From NCBI GenBank assembly GCA_001179505.1, contig CDMY01000473.1:5680-69679 (forward strand): 64,000 bases of DNA, in the 5' to 3' direction. The notes beneath the pieces were generated by a model. It did not search any database, was not told the DNA's origin, and was given only the letters and a program-made list of their open reading frames with translations. The position numbers and the translations under genes were made by a program. Below, in pieces: positions 63,628-64,000 of this stretch. Source of the DNA: Vitrella brassicaformis CCMP3155. Its lineage: Eukaryota > Protista > Chromerida. Numbering within the stretch: position 1 is the stretch's first letter; every line of letters begins with the position of its first letter.

Positions 63628-64000
63628 ACCGACTTGCACTTCTGACACCCCCTCTCAAGTCGGTGCAGAGTTAGGACATGAATCTCCATAAAACTATAAC
63701 TGAAACTCCGCGCGTGAGGTCTTCGCCACCTTGAGATCTGCACATAGGAGCCCTTCGCAAGAAGAAAGATCAGAAAGAAACGCGTCCAAGGCCATCAGAG
63801 GGGCGCAAGGACAAGAGAAGCATAGTGAAGCCGCAGATCCAGATAGCGGACATCACCATCGGAGAGAAGCGAAGGAGTGCTCCAGTGCAACCTCAAGCAA
63901 GTGGCTAAAACCACACAAGCGAGATAAACACTTCATGACAAGTTCTGCCTGCCTGTTATCCTCTGACTCAGGTACTCGTGTGCCTCTCTGCCCAGCCCCT

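Noticed and set aside
63680-63906. Short Lys/Arg-rich ORF fragments at the right end
   Set aside because: Too short, with no consistent in-frame splice model or homology cue.

Overview
Gene-dense, intron-rich, GC-rich eukaryotic DNA with five ~300-nt N gaps and introns packed with (CA)n/(GT)n/(GACA)n microsatellites. Style and gene content suggest a chromerid alveolate such as Vitrella brassicaformis (inferred, not proven). From left to right: (1) a giant minus-strand secreted protein gene (or gene cluster), >16 kb and running off the left edge, with many copies of an unrecognised ~80-aa Pro-linked module flanking a LamG-like and sushi/CCP cassette; (2) a PPR protein with a probable plastid-targeting leader; (3) an in-frame fusion of J-domain, MECR-like enoyl reductase and phospholipase/carboxylesterase-fold domain whose catalytic Ser is replaced by Gly; (4) a microneme-adhesin-like type I membrane protein (Cys modules, TSP3-like, PAN/apple, EGF, FN3, discoidin-like); (5) an intronless membrane protein; (6) a small secreted K/P/G-rich protein; (7) a DWDDT-type HAD protein; (8) a hypothetical gene head-to-head with (9) a Dicer-like gene with two RNase III domains and no visible helicase; (10) degenerate tandem repeats; (11) eEFSec/SelB; and (12) three copies of a lineage-specific, possibly F-box-like family, each carrying a lesion, with an apparent CpA->TpA bias. 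Best leads: the triple-domain fusion, self-complementary (AC)n...(GT)n introns, the atypical Dicer, the giant novel-repeat protein and RIP-like decay of duplicates. All gene models were spliced by eye and need RNA-seq confirmation.
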